A stretch of 64,000 nt of DNA from Mobula hypostoma (GCF_963921235.1 NC_086097.1:152522001-152586000), one strand, 5' to 3'; counted from the first letter of the stretch, positions 25,243 to 38,198 are shown. Notes: generated by a model from the sequence alone, not told the origin. A program made the numbers and translations.

Positions 25243-25280
25243 CAGTCCTGACAAAGGGTTCCGGCCCGAAATGTTGACTG
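25243..25280 (+). ncRNA. hammerhead motif with mutated core
   Basis: CAGUC-CUGACAA-AGGGUUCCGGCCC-GAAAUGUU-GACUG. Confidence 0.6.
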
Positions 25281-28058
25281 ATCATTTCCACGGATGCTGC
25301 CCGACCTGCTGAGTTCCTCCAGCATGTCGTGAGTGTTGCATTGACCCCAGCATCTGCAGAGTATTTTGTGTTTATGAGAGGACACAGCATCTTCACTGTA
25401 GTGTCCAGGTTTGCCTTGAGAGCTGCTCCAGGAATGTCAATGGATGAGCTGCTTGACCATTGTTTAGCATCTTTATTTTTTCTGATCTCCTCTCTGGTAG
25501 GCCTGTTGCAGTCTACAGGCAGTTCAGTGTTGGCTGGGGGGGTGGGGTGACAGGCAGGTTTAGAGGTGTGCGTCTGTTCAGCAGATCTTCAAGATGTTCA
25601 GCCCACCTGTTCAGCTGTTTCTCTATTCCCGCTAGGCATTTCCATCCTTTCCTTGACTGGCTTCTCAGGCTAACCATACTTTCCAGACTGTTTCTTGGTG
25701 GTGTTGTACAGCTTCCTCATGTTGCTATACATAATTGCTTGTTCCGCTTTCTCTGCCAGCCATTTATATAATGACACTTGTCTCCTTTAATGTTCCTCTT
25801 CACGGCCCTGTAAGCCTCTGCTTGCTCTCCCTGTATTTTCACCTTTCCTGTTCTAGTGCTGCTGGTATTCATGACTGCTTTCTTCTGCCTCCTCATTTTG
25901 ATCTTGCATAATGTTTCAGCTGAGATCCATTCTTCCTGCTGGTTCTTTTTGTCACCTAGTACTCTTGACATGTTGAGATGAATGTATCCTTAAATTTCTG
26001 TCATTCATTGCATAACTCCTCTAATTGTGCATTTCTTCTAGCACTTGGAACTTGTTGCAGAGGACCAATTTGATTGCTTCCTGGGACTGCCATGTCTCTC
26101 AAAAGGTTGATATTGAATCTCTGCCTCGATGCTGATTCCATCCAATTCTTCTTCAGTTTGCGTTTCAGCTTCGCGACCAAGACGTGGTGGTCAGATGCAA
26201 CATCTGTTCCTCTCCTCACTCTGACATCCGAGATGACAGAAGGTTGATCAGTCCTGTGGCTTCCATAGATATGCAGCAATTACCACATGCTTTCCTATTG
26301 TCTTCTAGGTGAAGACCCTTCCTCACCCAGGGATTAGGTCTGTGGAGCTTCTGTACCTCTGGGTTTTTTCGGGATGCGATTGCTAGCCCCATCCTAACCG
26401 TCCTCCTTTCACAGCCAGGAGTTGAGAATTGGAATGTGTTTGTGGAAGAAAATAAACTAGGCTTGTGCAGATTGGATGAGCCAAATGGCCAAATTATGCC
26501 CCTATGTCTTATGATCTTACGTTACTTCTATTTAAACATTTCATGGGTTAACAGTTAAGAATCATATTCTGGAAGAGTTAAAGAACTTTTATTTACAGAA
26601 ATAAACAAACACAACTTAAACCCGCCACATGTTGATACATACTGGCAAACCCTGCGCATGCTCAGTGCTGTCCAATCAGGAACTGACATGTCATCGCACG
26701 TGATATCACCTCACTTAAGTGGTGGAAGAGTCTCAAGGGAGAACTTTCTGAAAGAATGCCCTTGAATTCAAAGCACTTTGTGGGTTTATGCTCTTCAAGT
26801 ACAAAGATAAGAGAAGGTGGCTAAATACTAAGATTCTATGAAGCTAACTGTATACTTTGGGAGTAGATTCTAACTCACAAAACCATTAAATATCTTTGTC
26901 AATACAATGTAATTCACATATATAGTCAAAAAGCTTTTGAGGCAGAAACCCAGAATAAATCCGATTAATGTTTGATGTGCTAAATGACAAACTAACTATT
27001 CAGGAATATTCCATGATCTCATCCTGGGGATTTCAATGTAGACCAATTATACATCTCTATTGTCTTTATGTTTGGCCAGTACATACAAAACATATTTTTA
27101 AGGTGGCTGCTGCTGTGAGTACGTACCCAGCTCTCTGGAGAGGGCGGTGTTTATTCATTCAGCTGTCCTTTCTTTTACTTCAAAACTGATTATTCTGCAG
27201 GTTAAACACAGAATAAAGGATTGGTTTTCATTTGAATTAATAGCTACTATATCTTACATTTTATACTTTTCAGCTGTATGTACCTATTCTTAGTAATTGA
27301 CACTTTATCAAAAATCTCTATCAAGGTATAAAAGAATTGCCTTTTAAAATTTACGTTGACTCTCTTTACTGAATCCATTGTCCAGATGACTGCTAATTCT
27401 ATCCTAATTATTATTAACAGAATTGTAGCAGTGCTGAAAATGGCCACTCTGCCCATTGAAGACTTGCTGGTTTACTATTGCAATGGAGGGACTTTCCTGG
27501 TTATAAGGCTTAAGGCTATGCAGTTGAAAGTGACTAAAAGTGATTTTAAGCAATGCACATATAATGAGCAATGGGCACCTTTAGCAAGATGTTCAGCTTT
27601 GTTGGCAAGTTACGGAAAAGGTTGAGCCCAAAAAAGGCTATTCTCTGGCGCAGCAGACCAAGGAGCAGCTGATATAAAAACACAACTTACCACCTACATT
27701 GCTGGAAGCCCTTAAAAATCTCTTTAGATGAAGGCTGGTCTGACATCCCCCGAAGATCCATTTTCTTTGAAAACTTTCCAGCTTTACCTGATGGCTCTGC
27801 TTAGTTTGCTTGAGCTTGTGACCATGAAGTGTTTTTTTTCTGTTAAACATTAAGATATCAGCTTGGTTTCTGAAATACACTCTTCACTGAGCATGTTCAA
27901 ACTTTTCAAATTCTCAGTATCTTTCCTTCCTCAGAGAGATTCATTGTAGCCTGCAGCTAATTCATTCAAACGACAGACTGCTGTATATCCCTTTTCTTCA
28001 AGTGTTTGTTCACTGTCGACATCTCAAAAATCACCTACAATAGGGCACCCAGGAGAGT

Positions 28059-28288
28059 TACACACAGAAAATACCGGAGGAATTCAACAGATCAGGCAGC
28101 ATATATGGAGAGGAATGAACAGCTACTGTTTCAGACCGACAACCTTCACCAGGACTGATGAAGGGTTTCGCTCCAAAATGTTAACTCTTTATTCCTCTTC
28201 AAGATACTGCCTGACGTGTTGAGTTCCTCCAGCATTTTATGTGTTTTATTCCATATTTCCAGCATCTGCAAATTTTCTTTTGTTTATA
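28059..28288. mobile_element. fold-back mini element of Penelope termini
   Basis: ~95-bp imperfect inverted arms centred near 28153; flanked by cacccaggagagt (28046-28058) and catccaggacagt (28289-28301). Confidence 0.75.
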
Positions 28289-28467
28289 CATCCAGGACAG
28301 TGTGCTTTCTGGATCCCCTCCATACTCAAGATTATAACTTTTCAAATAACTTTTCAACTTCTCAAACACAGTAACTTGATCCAGTCCTCTCTCATGGTTG
28401 CTGGTGCACGCAGATAATCCATTATTATGAAAGATAACTGGAACTAAATATTAAAGTTTCTGGTGAA

Positions 28468-29605
28468 TGCAGCAGGCCAGGCAGCATCTCTAAGAAGAGG
28501 TACAGTCGACGTTTCAGGCCGAGACCCTTCGTCAAGACTAACTGAAGGAAGAGTTAGTAAGAGATTTAAAAGTGGGAGGGGGAGGGGGAGATCCAAAATG
28601 ATAGGAGAAGACAGGAGGGGGGAGGGATGGAGCCAAGAGCCGAACAGGTGATTGGCAAAGGGGATATGAGAGGATCATCGGATGGGAGGCCCAGGGAGAA
28701 AGACAAAGGAGGGGGGAACCCAGAGGATGGGCAAAGGGTATAGTCAGAGGGACAGAGGGAGAAAAAGGAGTGTGAGAGAAAGAATGTGTGTATAAAAATA
28801 AATAACGGATGGGGTACGAGGGGGAGGTGGGGCATTAGTGGAAGTTAGAGAAGTCGATGTTCATGCCATCAGGTTAGAGGTTACCCAGATAAGGTGTTGT
28901 TCCTCCAACCTGAGCGTGGCTTCATCTTTACAGTAGAGGAGGCCGTGGATGGACATATCAGAATGGGAATGGGATGTGGAACTAAAATGTGTGGCCACTG
29001 GGAGATCCTGCTTTCTCTGGCGGACAGAGCGTAGGTGTTCAGCAAAGCGGTATCCCAGTCTGCGTCGGGTCTCACCAATATATAGAAGGTCACATCGAGA
29101 GCACCGGACGCAGTATATCACCCCAGCTGACTCACAGGTGAAGTGTCGCCTCACCTGGAAGGACTGTCTGGGGCCCTGAATGGTGGTAAGGGAGGAAGTG
29201 TAAGGGCATGCGTAGCACTTGTTCCGCTTACAAGGATAAGTGCCAGGAGGGAGATCAGTGGGGAGGGATGGGGGGGCTGAATGGACAAGGGAGTCGCGTA
29301 GGGAACGATCCCTGCGGAATGCGGGGGGGGGGGAGGGAAAGATGTGCTTAGTGGTGGGATCCCGTTGGAGGTGGCGGAAGTTACGGAGAATAATATGTTG
29401 GACCCGGAGGCTGGTGGGGTGGTAGCTGAGGACCAGGGGAACCCTATTCCTAGTGGGGTGGCGGGAGGATGGAGTGAGAGCAGATGTACGTGAAATGGGG
29501 GAGATGTATTTGAGAGCAGAGTTGATAGTGGAGGAAGGGAAGCCCCTCCACTATTTCCTGGACGAGGGAGATGTCCTCCTTTTTTAAAGAAAGGGGCTTC
29601 CCTTT
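28468..29605 (-). mobile_element. Penelope-like element 3' part with GIY-YIG endonuclease
   Basis: VIYCVRCSRCDLLYIGETRRRLGYRFAEH..VATHF..LRLEEQHLI (28861-29154); hammerhead-like motif at 28504-28539. Confidence 0.92.
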
Positions 29606-29834
29606 CTATTGTGCAAACAACTATGCTAACATGCTGCCCAAATAGGGAAATGGGGAAGTAAGAATTTCAGATAATCCACTTACATTGAAGCTTTGGCTGC
29701 CAATCATTGTTAAATCAGAATGACTGACAAATTACTTGATCCCTTCACTTCATCTCTATTCAGCAGTTGTTAAAATAGTTTAAATGTGGTTCAATAAACT
29801 CTAATATTTAGATTATGAGAACACTCAGTCCTCA

Positions 29835-31123
29835 TTTGTGAAAGGAAAATCATGTCTGACGAATCTCATAGAATTTTTTGAGGATGTAACTAGTAGAGTG
29901 GATAGGGGAGAACCAGTGGATGTGGTATATTTGGATTTTCAAAAGGCTTTTGACAAGGTCCCACACAGGAGATTAGTGTGCAAACTTAAAGCACACGGTA
30001 TTGGGGGTAAGGTATTGGTGTGGGTGGAGAATTGGTTAGCAGACAGGAAGCAAAGAGTGGGAATAAACGGGACCTTTTCAGAATGGCAGGCGGTGACTAG
30101 TGGGGTACCGCAAGGCTCAGTGCTGGGACCCCAGTTGTTTACAATATATATTAATGACTTGGATGAGGGAATTAAATGCAGCATCTCCAAGTTTGCGGAT
30201 GACACGAAGCTGGGTGGCAGTGTTAGCAGTGAGGAGGATGCTAAGAGGATGCAGGGTGACTTGGATAGGTTGGGTGAGTGGGCAAACTCATGGCAGATGC
30301 AATTTAATGTGGATAAATGTGAAGTTATCCACTTTGGTGGCAAAAATAGGAAAACAGATTATTATCTGAATGGTGGCCGATTAGGAAAAGGGGAGGTGCA
30401 ACGAGACCTGGGTGTCATTATACACCAGTCATTGAAAGTGGGCATGCAGGTACAGCAGGCGGTGAAAAAGGCGAACGGTATGCTGGCATTTATAGCGAGA
30501 GGATTCGAGTACAGGAGCAGGGAGGTACTACTGCAGTTGTACAAGGCCTTGGTGAGACCACACCTGGAGTATTGTGTGCAGTTTTGGTCCCCTAATCTGA
30601 GGAAAGACATCTTTGCCATAGAGGGAGTACAAAGAAGGTTCACCAGATTGATTCCTGGGATGGCAGGTCTTTCATATGAAGAAAGAATGGATGAACTGGG
30701 CTTGTACTCGTTGGAATTTAGAAGATTGAGGGGGGATCTGATTGAAACGTATAAGATCCTAAAAGGATTGGACAGGCTAGATGCGGGAAGATTGTTCCCG
30801 ATGTTGGGGAGGTCTAGAACGAGGGGTCACAGTTTGAGGATAGAGGGGAAGCCTTTTAGGACCGAGGTTAGGAAAAACTTCTTCACACAGAGAGTGGTGA
30901 ATCTGTGGAATTCTCTGCCACAGCAAACTGTTGAGGCCAGTTCATTAGCTATGTTTAAAAGGAAGTTAGATATGGCCCTTGTGGCTACAGGGGTCAGGGG
31001 GTATGGAGGGAAGGCTGGGTTCTGAGTTGGATGATCAGCCATGATCATAATAAATGGCGGTGCAGGCTCGAAGGGCCGAATGGCCTACTCCTGCACCTAT
31101 TTTCTATGTTTCTATGTTTCTAT
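29835..31123 (+). mobile_element. young 5'-truncated CR1 LINE with uninterrupted ORF2 C-terminal half
   Basis: 395-aa open frame 29838-31025 with SKFADD; highly similar to 20707-21999; tail (ctatgttt)n. Confidence 0.97.
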
Positions 31124-31720
31124 TAAGAAATGACACAATGTTCCTCCAGAGTGATATCACAGAAAAACAGGACAAACCAAAGACTAACACTGACAGAACC
31201 ACATAATTGTAATATATAGTTACAGCAGTGCAAAGCAATACCATAATTTGATAAAGAACAGACCATGGGCACAGTAAAAAAAAGTCTCAAAGTCCCGAGT
31301 CGATCGATTCCCGAGTCCCCGATAGCAGGCGGCAAAGGGAGAAACTCCCTCCCATAAACCTCCAGGCACCGACAACTGCCGATGCATTGGAAGCACCTGA
31401 CCACAGCCAACACTGAGTCTGTCTGTCCGAAAACTCCGAGCCTCTGACCAGCCCCTCCGATACAGCCTTCGAGCGCCTTCAACCTCGTCCTGGCCAACGA
31501 AAATGCAAAATTCAGGGCCTTCTCCTCTGGAGATTCCGGACCACACAGTGTCAGTGGCAACGAAGCGGGCATTTCAGAAGTTTCTCCAAATGTTCCTCCG
31601 TACTCTCATGTCTGTCTCCATCAAATCAGAATTGTGCATGGTCCCCTACTTGACAAATAACAGACATCACCACCGAAGCGGCCGCGCACTGTGTCACGTC
31701 GCCACCTTCTCCTCCTCCCA
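31124..31720 (-). repeat. unclassified GC/CpG-rich interspersed repeat
   Basis: CpG-rich block in an AT-rich background; minus strand starts ggaggaggagaaggtggcg, resembling retroposon 5' ends; no recognisable protein. Confidence 0.35.
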
Positions 31721-32104
31721 TATTTGAAATATTTGAAAACACATTTCCTATAAATTTTATTTCTCCAATTCTTCTTAAGAAAAGTGAGGAGTAACAACCA
31801 GTACAGTGAAAGATCAAAGCTCCATTATGAAGAGCCATGATCATAAATCACCGTTAGTCACTTTGGCACACAATTTTACTGATGGATGTGTTACAAACTT
31901 TTAGAGTAGAAGCAACATGAAGACAGGTAAACAGGTGAGAAGGGAAGCAAGGAAGCAAAATAGAGGAGGGTAAGGAAGAGAAAGAGGATCAATTAGCAGA
32001 GAATATGAAGCAAAGGGAAAGAAATATGTAAGGATTTATAAAAATGCAACAAGAGGAAGAATATGAAAGAAAAACATTAATAATGAAAGGAAAAGAAATG
32101 CATG

Positions 32105-32655
32105 TGTAACCCACAGGTTCGGCTGGTGGTGTTAGTCTAAGGGAAGACAGTCTCCAGCCCCACCAAATTTGTGAAATCTTGTTTGTGTGGATGCTGTGTG
32201 ATGTTTACCCCTGTTACAAATCAGTACCATGAAATAACAAACATATGCAATTAAACAATATAGCCTTATAATCCTTAATTTAACTAGAGGGTTACTAAAG
32301 AAAAACAAAAAGGGCCCATCTTAATGAAACAGTTTAATGTGCACGTTAGAGCTCATGGTTTTCCCATCCGTTAATCCTCCATCGATTTCCCCCGGGCGTC
32401 GTCGATACCTGGCCTCATTCCATATCCACTCTGTCCTGCAGTCTATGACCTCTCCATTCTGGCATCTTCTCTCCCCATCTTCCGCTAAACAAAACACCAT
32501 GAATACCTCAAGTCTCGGGCACACAAGAAAGAAAAACATTTCTGTCATTGGACGGTGCACATTCCACAGCCCCCGTTATCCTTATTCATACCCCAAACAC
32601 CACTGCTACAGAGAAACCATTACATTAACAGTGAAACCTTTCCCAGGGTGTTATA
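32105..32655. mobile_element. solo LTR
   Basis: Ends tgtaaccc...gggtgttata form a short inverted repeat; flanked by CATG on both sides (32101-32104, 32656-32659). Confidence 0.6.
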
Positions 32656-33759
32656 CATGTGATAGTTCCCTTTACAATCTTAGATATTTTACAATCTAGT
32701 AAGTATTTTTTTTCTGTCAGAGATGTGGTGCAAAATAATCAGGTCGTACAGAGAAAATTTAACTAAGAAAATGAGTCATGGTACCACTTGGGATGTCAGT
32801 GAAGAATTGTGCTATGCTGACCAGGATAGCAGGAGAGTTCCACAACTCTAATTCAACTGATATTGCATTCATTTGATAGAATTAATGGGACCATAGTGGT
32901 TTAATGCTTCATGCAAGAAATGATTACCTAGATAATCAAATTTCCTGCTTTGTTGTGTTAAATGGTTCATGTTAATGCAGACACAAACCTTGGGTTATTT
33001 ATAGAAATGTCTAGGATCAAAAGTGGAGACAGCAGGATCAATTGAGGTGTAGGGGTGTCAAGGCATGGACCAATTGGTAGAGGAGCTGGGATTGATTAAT
33101 AGGGTCAGATTACTAAATAGATTGTGGCCTATTGACACAGAGTTTGAGATTAGGATAGGTAAAATAACTAGGCAGATAGAGGTCAGCAAATGGATAAACA
33201 ACATTCTGTAGTGGGGAGTCAGGTTGCTGATCAAATGCGTGAGATAGGATGAAGGGAGATTGTAGGACAAGGTGACATCATGTCAGTTGTAAATAGGGGG
33301 TTGATTATCTCAACAGTTATGGTGGAAAGTGCATCAAGAAATTTGCAGGTGACTAGAATGTTGATTTGAAAGATTGAGAAATGAGGTGTGAGGTGAGTGA
33401 ATAAGTGTGGACTTGGAAGGAAGAACAGCATAGAATTCTGAGAGAGAGGTACAATCACCTAAAGTGGGACAGGTTTGCCATACAACACACCAAGGCTGGC
33501 TATCATTCAGGTCACTGAGGTGCATCTCATAAGTAGTGTGAGAGCCCATTCCAACAAGAGAGGCCAATGGCTAGTGTAGGCTCTTCATGCATGAACAAAA
33601 GACCCCATATGTAACTGATGGATGCCACTGTGCACTGATCTCATTAAAAGTAGAGAAAATAGAAGTGAAAACAACATTGGACTATAAGAATTAGAAGCAG
33701 GAACTCCCTTTATGCTCTATAATCCTGTTTTCCATTCATTAACTACATGGCTAAACAAA

Positions 33760-34188
33760 GAATCAGAAACAGAATCTACTTTATCATTATTCATATGTGT
33801 TGTGAAATTTGTTGTTTTGTGGCAGCAGTGCAGTATAAGACAAAAATTAATGTAAGTAATTAATATAAACATATAAATAAATAGAGCAAAATATTGTTCA
33901 TGGACCATTCAGAAATTGGATTGCAGAGGGAAAAAAGCTGTTCTGAAAACACTGAGTGTGGAACTTCCGGTTTCCGTACTTCCTCCCTGATGTGGTAATA
34001 AGGAGAAGGCATGTCCTGGGTGGTGAATGTCCTTGAAACACCGCTTTTTGATGCTGTCCTTGATAGTGCGGAGGCTTATGCCCGTGATGCAGTCAACCGA
34101 GTATACACTTCCTGCAAACTCCTTTGATCCTGTGCATTGGAGCCTCCACACCAGGCAGTGATGCAACCAGTCAGAATGCTCTCCACGG
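33760..34188 (-). mobile_element. Rex1/Babar 3' end
   Basis: Reverse-complement tail aatcagaaacagaatc and coding end KDIHHPGHAFSLLP. Confidence 0.8.
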
Positions 34189-34189
34189 T

Positions 34190-35450
34190 CATAGAACAGC
34201 ACATGAACAGCCCATTTGGACCACAATGTTGTCATGAACCTGCTAAAAAACAGATCAAAGCATTCAAACACTAATCGCTCCTACCTACACAATGTCCATT
34301 TTCCTTTCTTGTTCCTTACATCCATGTGCCTATCCAAATGTCTCTTAAAAGCCTCCATTGTATTTGCCTATACCAGGCAGCGCATTCCAGGCATCCACAA
34401 CTCTCTGAATAATAAACTTACCCCTCACATCCCCTTTGAACCTACACCCACCCCCCTCACCTTCAATGCATGTCCATTAATATTAGTGGTTTCAACTCTG
34501 GGAAGCAGATACTCTCTGTCCACTTTATCTATGCCTCTCAATTTTGTAAATCTCTATCAGATCTCCCCTCAGTATCCAGTGCTCCATAGAAAACAATCCA
34601 AGTTTATCCAGCCCCTCAAGATAGCACATGCCATCTAAATCAGGCAGCATCCTGGTTAAACCTCTTGTGCATCCTCTCCAAAGCCTCAACCTTCATCCTG
34701 TAGTGGGGTTACCAGAACTGTATGCAATTCTCCAGATGTAGAGCTTTATAAAGTTGCAACATAACCTCTTGACTAATAAAAGCAAGCATTCTATAAACCT
34801 TCTTAACCATCTTATCAACTTCGGTAGACCTTTTTAAGGAGCTATGAACTTGGACTCCAAGATCTCTCTGCTCAACAACACTATTAAGGACAAAATCATG
34901 CCATTAACAATGTACTCTCTCCTTTCATTTGCCCTACTATCTTGCAACACCTCATATTTATCTGGGTTTTCTTTGCCCATATCTGCAACTGATCCATATC
35001 ATGCTGTGTTCTTTGCCAGTCTTCTATACTATCTGCAACTACACCAATCTTGGTATCATCCACAAACTTTCTACATTTTCTTCCATTTATATAGATCACA
35101 AACAGTAGAGGTCCTAGCACAGATCCTTGCTGAACACCACTAATTATAGACCTCCAGTCCAGATAAATCCCTTCAGCCTCTACCCAGTTCTGAACCCAAA
35201 GAGGCAATTTGCCGCAGATGCCATGCATCTTGATCTTCTTGATTAGCCTCCCATGAGGGACTTTGCCAAATGCCTTACTAAAATCCATGTGTACAATATC
35301 CACTGCCCTACCCTCATCAATCTCAATCATCACCTTGTCAAAAGAACTCAATCAAGTTGGTAAGGCTTGACCTGCTATGCACAAAGCTATGCTGGCTCTC
35401 CCTAATTAAGCCATGGATTTCCAAATGATCATAAATCCTATCCCCATCAT
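34190..35450 (-). mobile_element. decayed CR1 RT and 3' end
   Basis: VDIVHMDFSKAFGKVPHGRL..GVQQGSVLGP..KFVDDTKI. Confidence 0.88.
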
Positions 35451-36858
35451 CTGTTGACATTTGCTAGAGTCTTTCATAAAGTAGAGTCATCTACCTTAAG
35501 TACCATGTTCCTTTTCCATCCTGACATCCCATTATTGCTTAATCATGAAGTCATTTTAAAATCTGTTTTAAATGCAATTAATGACCGAGTCTCTACAGTC
35601 ATATTACACTACTTTCTGAGTGAAAAGAAAAATTATCCTCTTCTAAATGTTTAATAGGCTTCATCTTACTCTGGAAAGCTTGCACTGAGCTCTAATCTCT
35701 TCAGTGAGTGGAAACATTTTCCTCATGTCTTATGTATTGAGTATTTTCAACTTTTCATGGGGATTACTTGTCATTGTTCTAAATTCTAGAAAATAGAAGC
35801 CTAGCCTCATGATACATTGTCATGCTATGAATCAGTCTATACTATGAGTGTATTTCCAACACGCCTTTTGCAAAGTGTGTGTTTTGGGGGGAAGGAGTAA
35901 AACTGTGCACTTTGCTGTGTATATCATCATCAAGATCTTACATAATCGAAATAAGATGTCTTTATTCCTGTACTCAAACCCTCTTGCAATAGTGGCCAGA
36001 ATACCTTTTGCCTTTCTAATTGCTTGTCCTACCAGGTATCAGATTCAGTTACTTGTGTACGTAGATACCCAAGTCCTTCTTTAAAATTTTAACCGTAGTG
36101 GATAATTTCATGGACTTGCTGTGTTTTTCCATCATATTTTATTTGGCATTGAAATTGAATCAGTTACCAATAAAAAAAAACATGACCTTACTCAATCAAA
36201 TTTGCAAACAGATGTCATCTCTCATTCTTGAATGTGATGTCAGACTATGTGGGACATTTGACTCAGAAGCAAATACATTTCCAAGGAGGAGAATGCGAAA
36301 CTGAACGTAGTGAACTAACAGGATAGAGAAAGTGAGAGAAAGGAGAGGCAGGAGACACAAGAGAGCGAAGAGAGAGAGGAGGGAGGAGAGAGGGAGAGAG
36401 GAACTGTGAGGGTAAGGGAGAGGGAGAGAGAGAGAGAAAGACCAAAACCAAAAGGAGGAGAACAAAATTTGTTTATGTTTTTTCATTAAGAATGGAAGAA
36501 CTGGAAGTAAGGCTACTATTTTATTATTCAGCAAATCACATTATTTGCATTAATGTTGTACCAAAATGGCTCTTGTCAAAGTCACAAATGACATCTTCTA
36601 TGATAAGAACAACCTATTGTTCCTCTCAACCACAGTCTTGGACTACAGTATTCTCTTCCAGTAACTTTTCATACTGGCCAAGCAGGTTACAACTGCACTT
36701 ACCTGGTTTCATTACTTTCTAATTAGTGTCCTTCAATGACTTTTTCTTGCCTAGTGTCACAAAAAACCATGGGTCAATTGTTTAAGAAAAATAACCAGAT
36801 AGCTTGAGTCATAGCCACCCTCAGACTAAACACAAAAGAAAACTAACCCCCAAAGCCT

Positions 36859-36969
36859 GTCTGTTTGTATCTTGTTTTACGGCGGTCAGCATCCAGCTTA
36901 ATGGTGCATTACCGCCACCCTCTGCTCCAGAATGTGCACTAGACATATATTCCAAATCCCTTCACCCAA

Positions 36970-37013
<44 letters not shown>

Positions 37014-37531
37014 CTACACTTTACCCTCCCATCTTTGACCCTCGTAGTACCCTATTCCTGTTTATCTGTCATATCCTATAAAAAACCCCTGTACCCCTTA
37101 AAAACACTAAAAATACCCGGACTTGTGCTCTCTCACCCATGACCAGCAACCCTTTTAATGTGAATTCCTGCACCCCCCAACTCCCTTAATTTAATTCTCA
37201 TCATCTCTCTGTATCCCATACTTCCTGCAACACAAAATCCACATGTTCTACTGACTTCTCTTCCTGACATTCCTCACACAATCCTGTCTGGTGTTTCCCT
37301 ATCATTTTCAATGTTTTGTTTAATGCACAATGCCCCAGCCTTAACCTAGTCCACACAATTTCCTCTCTTCTGTTTCCATTACCTACCCTAGTACCTGCAA
37401 TTCTCTTTTGTATTTGATATAAATGCCTCCCTTTCCCCTCCCTGTCCCATCTTTCTTGCCACATTCAGTTGTCTTTTTCCCAGATTACACACTTAACCTC
37501 TGCTTTACTAGTACTAATGTGCATTTCCACA
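36859..37531 (-). mobile_element. I/Nimb-clade LINE 3' end inserted in the 3' LTR
   Basis: WTRLRLGHCALNKTL..GLCEECQEEKSVEHV (C-terminal zinc knuckle); ~14-bp TSD taaccccaaagcct at 36844-36858 and 37532-37545. Confidence 0.85.
36971..37010. repeat. (CA)n microsatellite
   Basis: About 20 perfect CA units inside the LINE 3' UTR. Confidence 0.95.
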
Positions 37532-38198
37532 TAACCCCAAAGCCTTGATAAGCAGAGGCTTATAACTGCTAAGCCCCTCCCCCTAGACCAACCAAAAGCT
37601 AATTAACTCAATTATCCAATTAAAGATGGTATCCTCCACCATCAGCACACCCGTGCAGGTTGCTGCTGTCTCTATATGAGACAGCTCCATGCAGCAGCTC
37701 TGGGTCAGACCCAGTCACTATTACTGTAGGGGATGAGTGTTTTACCGAGTGCGCCATGTGCCATCCGTAGTCAGTGACGGGCCTCCGTCACATTACCACC
37801 CTCCTCTCCTTCAGCGGCAATGTTTGGCAGTCTTGACAGGAAGTCCGCTGTGATGTTCTCCTTGCCTGCTTTGTGCCGCACACAGAACCTGAAAGGTTGA
37901 AGTTCCAGGTACCACCTAGTCACCCTGGCATTCTGGTCTCTCATTGTCTGGATCCAGGTCAGGGCTCTGTGGTCCGTCTGAAGGTCAAACTACCCCCCAA
38001 GAAGGTAGTACTTGAGGCTGTCCAATGCCCACTTGATTGCCAGACACTCCTTCTCGATTGTGGAGTACTGGGTTTCACGGGGCAGAAGTTTCCTGCTGAG
38101 ATATAACACAGGACATTCCTCACCTGGCTCTCCTTGAGTCAGTACTGCCCCGATGCCTACACCTGAGGCATCCACCTGCACCAGGAAGCGGCATTGAA

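Larger units (their letters stand above)
24706..25373. mobile_element. Penelope-like insertion made of two inverted termini, with a 16-bp TSD
   Basis: 24706-24885 is the reverse complement of ~25160-25340; flanked by atgagagggcacagca (24690-24705) and atgagaggacacagca (25374-25389). Confidence 0.88.
24340..26415 (-). mobile_element. RTE-clade LINE, decayed, split by a Penelope-like insertion
   Basis: DVRVRRGTDVASDHHVLVAKLK (endonuclease end), QQEEWISAETL, QAGFCKDRSRTDQI (RT). Confidence 0.85.

Noticed and set aside
31123..31572. 149-aa minus-strand ORF
   Set aside because: No recognisable domain; lies in a GC-rich probable repeat.
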